A stretch of 32,000 nt of DNA from Chlamydiales bacterium (GCA_965261025.1 OZ253438.1:480001-512000); one strand, 5' to 3'. Shown: positions 16,719 through 25,553, counted from the first letter of the stretch. Made by a program: numbers and translations. The notes: generated by a model not told the origin, from the letters alone.

Positions 16719-16747
16719 TTGTCGAAAAAATGTCCCTTTTCTATAAT
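16719..16747 (+). promoter_or_regulatory. Candidate sigma-70/66-type promoter for the repeat-protein gene
   Basis: TTGTCG (16719-16724), a 17-nt spacer, then a perfect TATAAT (16742-16747), 55 nt upstream of the ATG at 16803. Confidence 0.5.
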
Positions 16748-16802
16748 GCGGTGCTTTGAAGTATTATAACCTTAAGCGGAAAAAGCCTGTAGATAACTTT
16801 TT

Positions 16803-18818
16803 ATGGTAGAATTTCAAGGATCTCCTATTACAAAAAGTGCTTTAGAAGAGATGAAGAAATGCCCTGAAGTACAAAGAAAAAAGTTTTCTGCACAGTTTTT
16901 GAAAAAAGCCCAAAAAATTTCTTCTAAAAGATCTCCTGTTGTCCTGAATTATTTGAATGCTTCTTTAGAACTAGATCCTTTTAATTTTAAAGCTCTCTAC
17001 GCAAAGGCCTCTTTTTTCCTGGGGCAGAAAAAAGGGAAAAATCAGAAAAATTCTTTACAAAAAGCGCACCAACTTATGAGGCAAGCTGAATCTTTGGTTT
17101 CTCATTTTGACTATGAATTTTGGATTCAATGGGGAGATCTACTTCATAACTTAGGGAAAGAGCTCAATTCTTGTTACCATTTTCTAGAAGCAGAAGAGAA
17201 ATATCAAAAGGTATCTCTGATAAAAGCTCCTATTCCAAAAAAGGTGGAAGCTTCTTTTTTTTGGAAGAAGGCGCTAAACCTTCTACAAATTGCGCAATTT
17301 TCCGAAGAAGCCTTTGATTATAAGAAAGCTTTGATTGATTTCGAACAAGCCCTACAGAAGCAGGAAATATTTCCCTCCTGTTTTTGGAAAGAATATGGAA
17401 CAGCTTACTTAGAATTGGCGCTTCTTATCAATGATACGGGATGTTTTGAAAGGGCCTCAGAAAAACTTCACAAAGCTTTAGACTGCTCAGAAAAAGATGC
17501 GGAGATCTGGGGGTTATTGGGAGAAGTACATACCCAACTCTATATCAATACTCTCCATGAACCTTACGCAGAAAGAGCAAGCCATTTCTATGCCAAGGCT
17601 GTATCTCAGAAAGAACTAAGAAAAGATCTTTGGATTGACTGGGCTTCTCTATTAGTGGAGTCGGGAAGGATTACCAAAGACCGGAAAAAATTACAGCTTG
17701 CAGTCGAAAAGTGCGTGCGTGCTTTTAGTTTTTCTAAGGATCCTCTGATCATTGCCCAATGGGTAGAAGCTTTGTCTTATTTAGGACTTTTTTCAGGAAG
17801 GATAGATCTTCTTTTAGAAGCCGAAAATAAGATGATGAAAATCATACGAAAACACCCTTCTCATCCTGATCTTTGGTATGCTTATTCTCTTTGCATGATG
17901 GCTTTTGCAGAGTATTATGAAGACATAGTTTTCTTGGATTTAGCTATAGAAAAGGCCCAAGAGGGTCTTTCTTTAAATAGATCCCATGCAGAGCTGTGGC
18001 ATTTGATGGGCTGTTTACATACAAAAATTGGCTTGGAGCTGCATGACTCTAACCTTTTAGAACTGGCTAGAAAGTTTTTTTCCAAGGCTATCGATCTAAA
18101 ACCTGCTTCTCCCGAAATTTATTATGATTTTGCTTTTAGTTTAGGTAAAAAAGGAGAGTTGTTTGAAAATAAAGAGGATATAGAAACCTCTCTCTTTTAT
18201 TTTGATCGGCTTTTAAAACAACAGAAAGAAGCTCTTTTAGATCATCCAGAATGGTTATTTCATTATGCCTACACCCTTGCCTATAAGGGTAATGAAGAAG
18301 AAAAGGAAGGCTTTCTTCTACAAGCTATTGAAATTTACTGGCAGGTATCGCTCATCAATCCTGATTATCCTTCTCTTTATTTACAACTGGGGCTTTGTTT
18401 TAGTAGATTAGGGGAAATCACTTCTGAGAGAATTTTCTTTCAAAAGTCCTTTCAATACTATTCTTTGGCTTCCAAAAAGGAGGAAGAAAGTGAACAAGTC
18501 TGGCTCGAGTGGGGGCTTTCTTTAATCCATTTAGCTCTTTTATCTTATGAAGAAAAAGAAGAGGAGCTACTTTGCCACGCAGAAAGGCTTCTTTCCTATG
18601 CAGGACGTTTAGGAAACCCCTCTGCCTATTATCACCTTGCTTGTCTTTACTCAATTTTAGGAAAAGTGGATGAATCTATTCGCCTTTTTGAAAAGGCAAA
18701 AAAGATGAAGGTACTTCCTCCTATAGAAGAAATTTTGGAGGATGAATGGCTTGAAAATTTAAAAAATACAGAAGCCTTTTCCCTTTTTCTGAATAAGTTA
18801 GGAAACCGATCCTCTTGA
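16803..18818 (+). CDS. Large TPR/Sel1-like helical-repeat protein (about 14 units of ~41 residues)
   Basis: 671 aa. The recurring unit is [FILV]W/Y-x2-[WY]-[GA]-x2-L ... A-x3-[FY]-x-K-A, e.g. FWIQWGDLLHNLG, FWKEYGTAYLELA, IWGLLGEVHTQLY, LWIDWASLLVESG, LWHLMGCLHTKIG, VWLEWGLSLIHLA. Aromatic anchors fall at residues ~66, 107, 154, 195, 236, 277, 320, 358, 399, 440, 485, 526, 567 and 610. No signal peptide. Confidence 0.7.
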   Translation: MVEFQGSPITKSALEEMKKCPEVQRKKFSAQFLKKAQKISSKRSPVVLNYLNASLELDPFNFKALYAKASFFLGQKKGKNQKNSLQKAHQLMRQAESLVSHFDYEFWIQWGDLLHNLGKELNSCYHFLEAEEKYQKVSLIKAPIPKKVEASFFWKKALNLLQIAQFSEEAFDYKKALIDFEQALQKQEIFPSCFWKEYGTAYLELALLINDTGCFERASEKLHKALDCSEKDAEIWGLLGEVHTQLYINTLHEPYAERASHFYAKAVSQKELRKDLWIDWASLLVESGRITKDRKKLQLAVEKCVRAFSFSKDPLIIAQWVEALSYLGLFSGRIDLLLEAENKMMKIIRKHPSHPDLWYAYSLCMMAFAEYYEDIVFLDLAIEKAQEGLSLNRSHAELWHLMGCLHTKIGLELHDSNLLELARKFFSKAIDLKPASPEIYYDFAFSLGKKGELFENKEDIETSLFYFDRLLKQQKEALLDHPEWLFHYAYTLAYKGNEEEKEGFLLQAIEIYWQVSLINPDYPSLYLQLGLCFSRLGEITSERIFFQKSFQYYSLASKKEEESEQVWLEWGLSLIHLALLSYEEKEEELLCHAERLLSYAGRLGNPSAYYHLACLYSILGKVDESIRLFEKAKKMKVLPPIEEILEDEWLENLKNTEAFSLFLNKLGNRSS

Positions 18819-18890
18819 GAAATAAGCTTTTTTCTTTTTTACACCTCTGGTAGAATCAAAGAGTCATCCACCCCAACCTATAGATTTTTT

Positions 18891-21113
18891 ATGGATAAGC
18901 GTTTTTTCTTCTTTGCCCTCTTTCTCACCCTGTCTTTTACCGTGGTTCAGAACTGGTTTTCTCCTGTGACCCCTCCCTCAAAAGGAGAAGAAAAAACCGA
19001 TATTAGGCCTTGCTCCCTCGTTTCTTTGTCTTCGAAGGAAGGGACTTCTTGCTTTGCTTATCAATACCAAAACCTTTTTATTACAGAAAAAAGGGAGGAA
19101 AAAACTTGGTTTTTTGAAGGAAAACCCTTACATAAGCTGAGCTGCTGTGAAAAGAGTCCCTTTTCTTTATACAGCTTACAAGAAAACCCGTTTTTATTTT
19201 TTCCTTCTTCTTCCTCTGAAGTTCTCTATCTTCAATTTTCCAAAGAAGCAAAACCCACTTTAGTCCCTCTGCCCTTATCTTCTTCTTGTTCTTATCTCTG
19301 TCTTGCTCAAGAAGAAAAGATCCTTACTCCCTTGGGAACTTGGAATTTTTCTTCGAATAAACCAGATCTTTTTTCAGAAGATCCTCTTCTTTCTAACTAT
19401 ACTCTTATTGAATCCAATGCTTCTTCTTCAAAAGGGGAAAATTATTTTGTTTTAGAAAATGAAACCGTTCAGCTGGTTATTTCTTCCAAGGGGGGCTCTT
19501 TAGCCGAAGTAAACCTTCCCTTATCTACGAAAGAGCCTAGTAGTATCGTAAGGCCTATCGAAGTAGATAAAGAGCTAAAAAAAGAAGCGCCTCAAAACGA
19601 CATGTACCCCCAATTTCCTTCTTACAGAATACAAAATGGAAAAAAAATAAAAATGCAAAGTTCTTTAGGGGGATACTATCCTTTATTAAGAAGATCGACT
19701 ATCAATCAAAAAGGAGAAGTTCTTTTCTTATCTCCTCCTGAGAATCAGGCTCTTTCTCTTTCTGGAGGAGCTGTTGAAAACCTTATTTATCAGGTTACTC
19801 AATTTAGTGAAAACCAAATCACATTGCAGGCCACTGGAAAGGGAAAAAGAATAACAAAAACCTACTCTTTTCCAGAAAAGACAGCCCCTTACTGTTTTTA
19901 TACCAGTCTAAGAGTAGAAGGAGAATCTCAAAATCTGTGGATAAGTAGCGGAATTCCTGAAGTGGAGCTTATTTCAGGCAGCTTCAATCCTGAAATTAAA
20001 GCAAGAACCTCTAAAAGAACCAGTTCTCAAGTAGAAAAACTTTCTTTACCCAGCACTTCCAACACCTCTACCTTGATTCGTCCTGACTGGATAGCGAATT
20101 CTAATGGTTTTTTTGTTTTCTTGATGGATCCTTTAACCCCAATTTCTTCTGGCTTTAAAACAGAAAAAATCCCAGGAGAAAAAGCTCCCTCCAGACTTAG
20201 TTTAATAGATCCCCAGTATGAGCCTTATCCTGCGAGCAAATATCCTGGCTATAAATCACTTCTTCCTCTCTCCTCAGGGCAAGAGATTACTTTTCGTATT
20301 TACGCAGGTCCCCTGGACAAAACTGTTTTAAAGAAAGTAGATAAAATCTATGCAGACCCTACTTCAGGATATAATCCAGATTACTCTGCAGCCCGTAGTT
20401 TCCATGGATGGTTTTCTTTTATTTCAGAACCTTTTGCTAAACTTTTATTCTGGCTCATGGAAATATTTTACTTTTTTACCAGATCTTGGGGAATTTCTAT
20501 TATTCTGCTCACCATTGCTTTAAAAGCGATGTTATATCCTTTAAATGCTTGGTCTATAAAAGCTAATAACCGAAACCAAGCTATAGCACCTAAACTTTCT
20601 GCTATTCAAGAGAGGTATAAAAAAGACCCTCAGAAAAAACAGCAAGAAATCATGAAGCTTTACAAAGAGCATGGCGTAAACCCTTTTATGGGCTGCCTCC
20701 CCCTTTTGATACAGCTTCCTTTTTTAATTGGAATGTTTGATTTGCTAAAATCGGTATTTGCCTTGAGAGGAGCTGCTTTTATTCCTGGATGGATTGATAA
20801 TTTAACTGCTCCTGATATCGTATTTCAATGGGATTACCCTATCTTCTTTATAGGAACAGAATTCCATTTTCTTCCAATTTTGCTTGGGTTTTTTATGTTT
20901 TTACAGCAGAAATGGAGTACAGCCTCAAAAGAGGCAACTATGACAGAACAGCAAAAGCAACAAGCAGCTACTATGAAGCTGACTACTTTGATTTTTACCG
21001 CCTTTTTTTACCATGCTCCTTCTGGGTTAAATATTTATTGGATTTTTTCTACTTTTTTAGGGATGTTACAACAAAAAATTACACAGAAAAAAATGACCTC
21101 TCCCCAAAAATAG
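18891..21113 (+). CDS. yidC: Membrane protein insertase YidC (long periplasmic-domain form)
   Basis: 740 aa. N-terminal TM segment, a ~480-residue periplasmic domain, then the Oxa1/YidC core: WGISIILLTIALKAMLYPL, MKLYKEHGVNPFMGCLPLLIQLPFLIGMF and GLNIYWIFSTFLGMLQQ. Confidence 0.92.
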   Translation: MDKRFFFFALFLTLSFTVVQNWFSPVTPPSKGEEKTDIRPCSLVSLSSKEGTSCFAYQYQNLFITEKREEKTWFFEGKPLHKLSCCEKSPFSLYSLQENPFLFFPSSSSEVLYLQFSKEAKPTLVPLPLSSSCSYLCLAQEEKILTPLGTWNFSSNKPDLFSEDPLLSNYTLIESNASSSKGENYFVLENETVQLVISSKGGSLAEVNLPLSTKEPSSIVRPIEVDKELKKEAPQNDMYPQFPSYRIQNGKKIKMQSSLGGYYPLLRRSTINQKGEVLFLSPPENQALSLSGGAVENLIYQVTQFSENQITLQATGKGKRITKTYSFPEKTAPYCFYTSLRVEGESQNLWISSGIPEVELISGSFNPEIKARTSKRTSSQVEKLSLPSTSNTSTLIRPDWIANSNGFFVFLMDPLTPISSGFKTEKIPGEKAPSRLSLIDPQYEPYPASKYPGYKSLLPLSSGQEITFRIYAGPLDKTVLKKVDKIYADPTSGYNPDYSAARSFHGWFSFISEPFAKLLFWLMEIFYFFTRSWGISIILLTIALKAMLYPLNAWSIKANNRNQAIAPKLSAIQERYKKDPQKKQQEIMKLYKEHGVNPFMGCLPLLIQLPFLIGMFDLLKSVFALRGAAFIPGWIDNLTAPDIVFQWDYPIFFIGTEFHFLPILLGFFMFLQQKWSTASKEATMTEQQKQQAATMKLTTLIFTAFFYHAPSGLNIYWIFSTFLGMLQQKITQKKMTSPQK

Positions 21114-21122
21114 GAAGAGTTT

Positions 21123-22403
21123 ATGAAAGATTGGGCTGTCTTTTTAGAAAAACTAGAAAGCTCTTTCGGAAGGAAAGTAATCAAAAAATGGCTTCACCCT
21201 CTAAAGATAAAAAGCTATGATGCAAGAAATCTTTATCTAGAAGCAGAAAATTCCTTTCAAGTTTCTTGGTTCGAAGAACATATAAAGCCTCTTCTTCCTT
21301 CTTTCACAAATTGCAACCACCAGAAAATTCAAGTTCACCTCCTTCTTCCTGGAATTCATTCGGAAAAAGAAAACAAGAGAGTTTTCTCTTTTTTTGCCGA
21401 TATTCCCTTAAAACACGCTTCTTTTGAGAATTTTTTCCCTACTAAAGGAACTAAAGAAGCTTGGGAAATGCTGCCACTTCTATTTAAGAAAAAAGAACCT
21501 TTTTTTAACCCGCTTTTTATCTACGGCCCTTCTAAAGTAGGAAAAACCCATCTTCTTTCCTCTATCGCAAAACAGTGGGAAAATCAGGGAAAAAAGGTTT
21601 TCTATGTAAACGGATCTACCTTCACCAATCATGTGGTTATGGCGATTCGGAATAACTTAATGCCCCTTTTTAGAAACACCTACAGAAATATCGATGCCTT
21701 GATTGTAGAAAACATTCATATCTTTTCTAATAGGGTAGCAACCCAAGAAGAATTTTTTCATACCTTTAACGCTTTACATGCTCAAGGAAAGTGCCTTCTT
21801 ATTAGCGCAAATCAACCTCCTTCTTCGCTATCTTTAGAGCCTCGACTTATTTCTCGATTTGAATGGGGTCTAAGCCTGGGACTGACTCCTCCTTCTACAG
21901 AAGAATTTCTTCCTATTTTGGAAAAAAAGAGCAAGTCTTTAGGATTTTTTCTTGAAGAAGAAGTCAAATTTTTTTTAATAAAACATTTTTCTTCTGGCTT
22001 TTCTTCCCTATTAACAGCACTGGATGCCCTTATTTTGAGAACTCCTAAAAGTACTTTATGTGATCTTTGGCTTGCTCAAAAACTTTTACAAGATCTACTA
22101 CATGAAGAAAAAAAGACAGTAACGCCTCAGAGCATTCTAGAAAAATCAGCTAGCTACTTTGATTTAAAAAAAGAGGAGATCTCTGGAAAAGGGCAAAATA
22201 TGGAACACTCTTTTGCTAGACAAATCGTTATGTATTTATTCCGAGAAAATCTGAATATGCCTTTTAAGAAAATCGGCGAGTTTTTCCAAAGAGACCATTC
22301 TACGGTTATAACTAGCGTAAGAAAAATAGAGACCATGATAAAGAAGGATAACCTAGAGGCAAAAAAAGCCCTGAAAGAAATAAAAAGCGCTCTTTTTTCC
22401 TAA
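21123..22403 (+). CDS. dnaA: Chromosomal replication initiator DnaA (divergent AAA+ motifs)
   Basis: 426 aa. Walker A is GPSKVGKTHLL. The conserved TQEEFFHTFNAL and RLISRFEWGL are present, as is the C-terminal DNA-binding signature FARQIVMY...RDHSTVITSVRKIE. Walker B, arginine finger and sensor II are non-canonical (see findings). Confidence 0.9.
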   Translation: MKDWAVFLEKLESSFGRKVIKKWLHPLKIKSYDARNLYLEAENSFQVSWFEEHIKPLLPSFTNCNHQKIQVHLLLPGIHSEKENKRVFSFFADIPLKHASFENFFPTKGTKEAWEMLPLLFKKKEPFFNPLFIYGPSKVGKTHLLSSIAKQWENQGKKVFYVNGSTFTNHVVMAIRNNLMPLFRNTYRNIDALIVENIHIFSNRVATQEEFFHTFNALHAQGKCLLISANQPPSSLSLEPRLISRFEWGLSLGLTPPSTEEFLPILEKKSKSLGFFLEEEVKFFLIKHFSSGFSSLLTALDALILRTPKSTLCDLWLAQKLLQDLLHEEKKTVTPQSILEKSASYFDLKKEEISGKGQNMEHSFARQIVMYLFRENLNMPFKKIGEFFQRDHSTVITSVRKIETMIKKDNLEAKKALKEIKSALFS

Positions 22404-22415
22404 GATAAAGAGCGC
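22381..22415 (-). terminator. Rho-independent terminator of the chaperone gene, embedded in the 3' end of dnaA
   Basis: A 9-bp stem, GCGCTCTTT (22387-22395) with AAAGAGCGC (22407-22415), around an 11-nt loop. On the minus strand the hairpin starts 19 nt after the chaperone stop and is followed by TTTTTA. No T-tract follows on the plus strand. Confidence 0.55.
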
Positions 22416-22433
22416 ATAACCAACAGATTCTTT

Positions 22434-22943
22434 CTAAATTTTCAGATACTTATCCCCAGCAGATCCAAAGTCTTTCGGAGGCTGCATCTGAGGAGGAACA
22501 GGCAGCTGGAACTCAGGCGGCTCTTCTCCTGCGCATATCTTGGCTACAATTTCTCTCCATTTCTCTACAGTCTCCACGAACAAAGGGGCAAATCGTCTCA
22601 AAGCATTTTCGTCTACTCCTAGCCCCATATCCAAGACACAATGCATAAGAATAAGCTCTTCTTTTACAGCAAGCCCAATTCCTCCTCCGGCCATCTGTCC
22701 CCCCAACATAGCACCTTCTAAGAGCCTTTCATAAAGCTTAAGACGAATTTTCTCATCTTTGGGTAGCCCATCTAGTATAGGAGAATAGAGATAGAGTCGA
22801 TCTGAATTAGGTTCATAAGTGATATGTAGAGAAAAAGTATTATCAATTCCTAAAATACAGGTGTTATTCTCGTCAAATTTGAGCTCCAAATTTAGTTCCT
22901 TAGCAAAATTCTTTAGGTTACTTCTGGCATTCTCCTGCGACAT
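22434..22943 (-). CDS. Class I type III secretion chaperone (CesT/Tir-chaperone family; resembles the chlamydial Slc1/CT043-type chaperone)
   Basis: I chose the ATG at 22943 (MSQENARSNLKNFAKEL...) because AAGGAGG lies 5 nt upstream; the ORF-track start at 22967 has none. The small acidic alpha/beta chaperone core (NNTCILGIDNTFSLHITYEPNSDRLYLYSPILDGLP...LLEGAMLGGQMAGGGIGL...LILMHCVLDM) has the CesT/SycE-family pattern. A Pro-rich tail follows. Confidence 0.78.
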   Translation of the reverse strand: MSQENARSNLKNFAKELNLELKFDENNTCILGIDNTFSLHITYEPNSDRLYLYSPILDGLPKDEKIRLKLYERLLEGAMLGGQMAGGGIGLAVKEELILMHCVLDMGLGVDENALRRFAPLFVETVEKWREIVAKICAGEEPPEFQLPVPPQMQPPKDFGSAGDKYLKI

Positions 22944-23207
22944 TAAATCCTCCTTCCTGCGTGCCATTTCTCAATTTTTTCCTTTCTAAGAAGAACACTC
23001 CCCAAAAAAGACCCTCTAAACGTAGCACAAAAAATGTTTTAAAACCAAGAAGAAAGACCCCTGGGAAAAGAAAAAAAAAGGTGGGCCTTTACAGATTCAA
23101 GAGGGTTTTTCCAAAATACCCATCCAAGAGCAAATAGAAAACTTCTTGGGAAGAAAGAACTTATTTTGCTAAACTCAAGGATTAACATTATGGGAGGGAA
23201 GAGGGAT

Positions 23208-23861
23208 ATGTTTCGCCTTTTTGCGTTATTTGTCTTTTTAGGCTTGGGGTTTTCCAGTTGTAATAACAAGTCTAATCAGGAGTTTACTAAGTATTATGAA
23301 GATGGTAGGGCAAAACCCTCCATTGTCCTCTGTAGCATCATAGACACTACTTCCTTTGATCTTCCCTGGAGTCTTTCTGAGGAATTTCAAAGTTTGATGC
23401 TTTCTTCTTTTGCTTCCAAAGGCTCTCTTTACGTAAATGAAAAAGCTTCTTCTTCTCTTTCCTATTCTAAAAATCCTTTTTCAGAAGAGCTGGCCTGGAT
23501 AAAAAAGGAATATTCACCGAATGAATTTGTAATCTTTATAGAATTCATACAGCACGATCAAGTTCCTGCTAAAGCAGTGCAAGATACGCTAGAAAATGTT
23601 TCCACTAATTTGAACATGGCTGTAAGAGTTCGTGTTGTAGATATTCGAGGAACGGCTCCTAAGGTTGTTTTACAACAGATCTTAAAAGACTCTTATTTCT
23701 CTCCTAAGAATTTACTTCCTGTTGATTACAACGTAGCTACTTGGGGAACGCAAGAGTATGAAAACACCCCTTTAAGAAATGCCCACTTTAAATTCTGTCA
23801 AACTTTAGTAGAAAGGCTAAGCGATTACATCTTACTGGCAAAAAGTAGATGGGATGGCTAA
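23208..23861 (+). CDS. Putative lipoprotein, function unknown
   Basis: From the ATG at 23208 (GGGAGG about 9 nt upstream) the N-terminus is MFRLFALFVFLGLGFSSC|NNK, a signal peptide ending in a lipobox-like FSSC. The alternative starts at 23166 and 23190 lack an SD. Confidence 0.6.
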   Translation: MFRLFALFVFLGLGFSSCNNKSNQEFTKYYEDGRAKPSIVLCSIIDTTSFDLPWSLSEEFQSLMLSSFASKGSLYVNEKASSSLSYSKNPFSEELAWIKKEYSPNEFVIFIEFIQHDQVPAKAVQDTLENVSTNLNMAVRVRVVDIRGTAPKVVLQQILKDSYFSPKNLLPVDYNVATWGTQEYENTPLRNAHFKFCQTLVERLSDYILLAKSRWDG

Positions 23862-24708
23862 TTCTTTTTGGGAAAATTTCCTAGTTTCTTTTCCCTTTGG
23901 CATTTTAGGCTCCTTTTTGTGGTTGTATGCCCGAAGAAGGGGCTTTTTTTTTCTTCCCAAAACCGAAACGATTTCTCTCACTTTTTGGGAAGTGCTCTTA
24001 GGTTTTATATTCCGTTTTTTCAGTAACTATTTAGTCGGAGCTATTTTTACTTTTCTAGGCTCTTCTTTCCTTTCTAAAATACTTCCCTTAGGAGAGAAAA
24101 TGCTTAGTTCCTACTTCCATTTTTTCTGTTTGATCCTCACCTTTTTCTTCTGTTTTTTTTACTTTTCACTTTCTCACAAAGTCCCTTTCCAAAAAATCTT
24201 ACAAAGAGAAAAAAGCACCTGGTCCTCTGATATAAAAAATGCCTTTTTCTTCTTTATTATAGCCTATTCCTTAAGCTCGTTTTTAGCAGGAATAACAAAA
24301 GCTTTTCTCCTCCTTTTTTATACCTCTTCTTCGGTGCTAGATCAGGTAGTTATACAAGAAATACAAGAACAAACTACTACCCCCTCTGCTTTCGCTTTTC
24401 TTTTGATCTTTTTTAATACAGTTTTACTAGCTCCTTTAGTAGAGGAATTTTTATTTAGGGGACTTCTACAAAATTGGCTGAACAAATGGGGAACAAAGGA
24501 GATTTCTATTTTAATCACTAGCCTTTTCTTTGCTTTTTTTCATTACCAAAAAGGCCAACAGTTGGGAAATATTCCCGTTTTGATAGCCACTTTTGTTCTT
24601 TCCTATTTCTTAGGATATTTATATGAGAGAAAAGGATCCTTATTCGCTCCTATCTTCTTACATGCTTTTTCTAATTTTTTTACCCTCCTTCTTATCTGGA
24701 TTTTCTAA
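23854..24708 (+). CDS. CPBP-family intramembrane glutamic endopeptidase (CAAX protease/Abi family)
   Basis: 284 aa polytopic protein with all three family motifs: EEFLFRG (EExxxR), FAFFH (FxxxH) and HAFSN (HxxxN). Overlaps the lipoprotein gene by 8 nt. Confidence 0.8.
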   Translation: MANSFWENFLVSFPFGILGSFLWLYARRRGFFFLPKTETISLTFWEVLLGFIFRFFSNYLVGAIFTFLGSSFLSKILPLGEKMLSSYFHFFCLILTFFFCFFYFSLSHKVPFQKILQREKSTWSSDIKNAFFFFIIAYSLSSFLAGITKAFLLLFYTSSSVLDQVVIQEIQEQTTTPSAFAFLLIFFNTVLLAPLVEEFLFRGLLQNWLNKWGTKEISILITSLFFAFFHYQKGQQLGNIPVLIATFVLSYFLGYLYERKGSLFAPIFLHAFSNFFTLLLIWIF

Positions 24709-24726
24709 GCTTTCTAAAATATCTTT

Positions 24727-24756
24727 TTGCTTTTCTTTTTCCTAATTGCATACAAT
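24727..24756 (+). promoter_or_regulatory. Candidate sigma-70/66-type promoter for the PP2C/NifS-like operon
   Basis: TTGCTT (24727-24732), an 18-nt spacer, then TACAAT (24751-24756), about 70 nt upstream of the GTG start at 24828. Confidence 0.35.
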
Positions 24757-24827
24757 GACGCTTTGGACAACAGCTCTCTCCGCCTTACTCTTGGAGAGGG
24801 TAAGAATGGATAGAGAGAGTCCCTTTT

Positions 24828-25553
24828 GTGGAAGAGCTTTTGCTAGAATCTTTTGGATTTTCTGATATTGGCTCGGTAAGAGAAAAAAATGAGGATGCCT
24901 GGTTAAAATTGCCACAAACCTCTTTTTTCGCACTAGCAGACGGAATGGGGGGACACAGAGCAGGAGAAGTAGCTTCAAGAAAGGCTATTGAATCTTTAGC
25001 TATTTTTGTAAATGAGCATATCCCTCCTAGGACATCGGCAAAACAGGCTATTTCTTTACTAAAAGAGGGCATTCAAAAGACAAACCGAAAAGTCTATGAG
25101 TTGAGTCAGACAAAGTCTTATTTTCATGGAATGGGTACTACGTTATGTCTTCTCTATCTATTTCAGGGTTATGCCATTTATGCCCATGTAGGAGACAGTA
25201 GAATCTATCGCTACCGGAATAAAGAACTAAAACAGCTTACCCAAGATCATATAGCTAAGAAATCCCGTAAAAATGCTCTTAGTAGAGCCATAGGAATCAA
25301 CCAAGAGGTTTTTCCTGAAATAGCTTGCGCTTCTGTACAAGAAGGAGACCTCTTTTTTTTATGTAGCGACGGTCTCAGTAATTTCTTAGATCCCAAAGAA
25401 ATAGAAAAAATTTTAGGGGACTATTTTTCTTTGAAAAAAATGGCTAAAAAATTGATCTATCAAGCCCAAGAAAAGGGAAGTAATGATAATATCACTACCC
25501 TTTTAGTTCGTATAAAACATGGAAAAAAAAACCTTTATTTACCTGGACAATAA
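24828..25553 (+). CDS. PP2C-family Ser/Thr protein phosphatase
   Basis: 241 aa with a GTG start. PP2C motifs are SDIGSVREKNEDAW, FALADGMGGHRAGEVAS, HVGDSRIY, LCSDGL and GSNDNITTLLV. Confidence 0.88.
   Translation: MEELLLESFGFSDIGSVREKNEDAWLKLPQTSFFALADGMGGHRAGEVASRKAIESLAIFVNEHIPPRTSAKQAISLLKEGIQKTNRKVYELSQTKSYFHGMGTTLCLLYLFQGYAIYAHVGDSRIYRYRNKELKQLTQDHIAKKSRKNALSRAIGINQEVFPEIACASVQEGDLFFLCSDGLSNFLDPKEIEKILGDYFSLKKMAKKLIYQAQEKGSNDNITTLLVRIKHGKKNLYLPGQ

Noticed and set aside
19936-19944. Perfect DnaA box (TGTGGATAA, the reverse complement of TTATCCACA) about 1.2 kb upstream of dnaA
   Set aside because: It is a single isolated 9-mer inside the yidC coding sequence. About 0.25 such matches are expected by chance in 32 kb on both strands. 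There is no cluster and no adjacent AT-rich unwinding element, so it is not evidence for oriC.
20828-21220. 130-aa ORF spanning the yidC/dnaA junction
   Set aside because: It is out of frame with both well-supported genes and has no motifs. It reflects an absence of stops across a short stretch.
22944-22967. Longer start (ATG at 22967) for the type III chaperone
   Set aside because: AAGGAGG lies within these codons, 5 nt upstream of the ATG at 22943. The shorter N-terminus (MSQENA…) matches the usual chaperone N-terminus.
23039-23269. 76-aa minus-strand ORF in the 264-nt chaperone/lipoprotein intergenic region
   Set aside because: It has no SD, a low-complexity translation, and overlaps the lipoprotein start and its probable promoter. 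I cannot support it as a gene. The region is more likely divergent promoter DNA.
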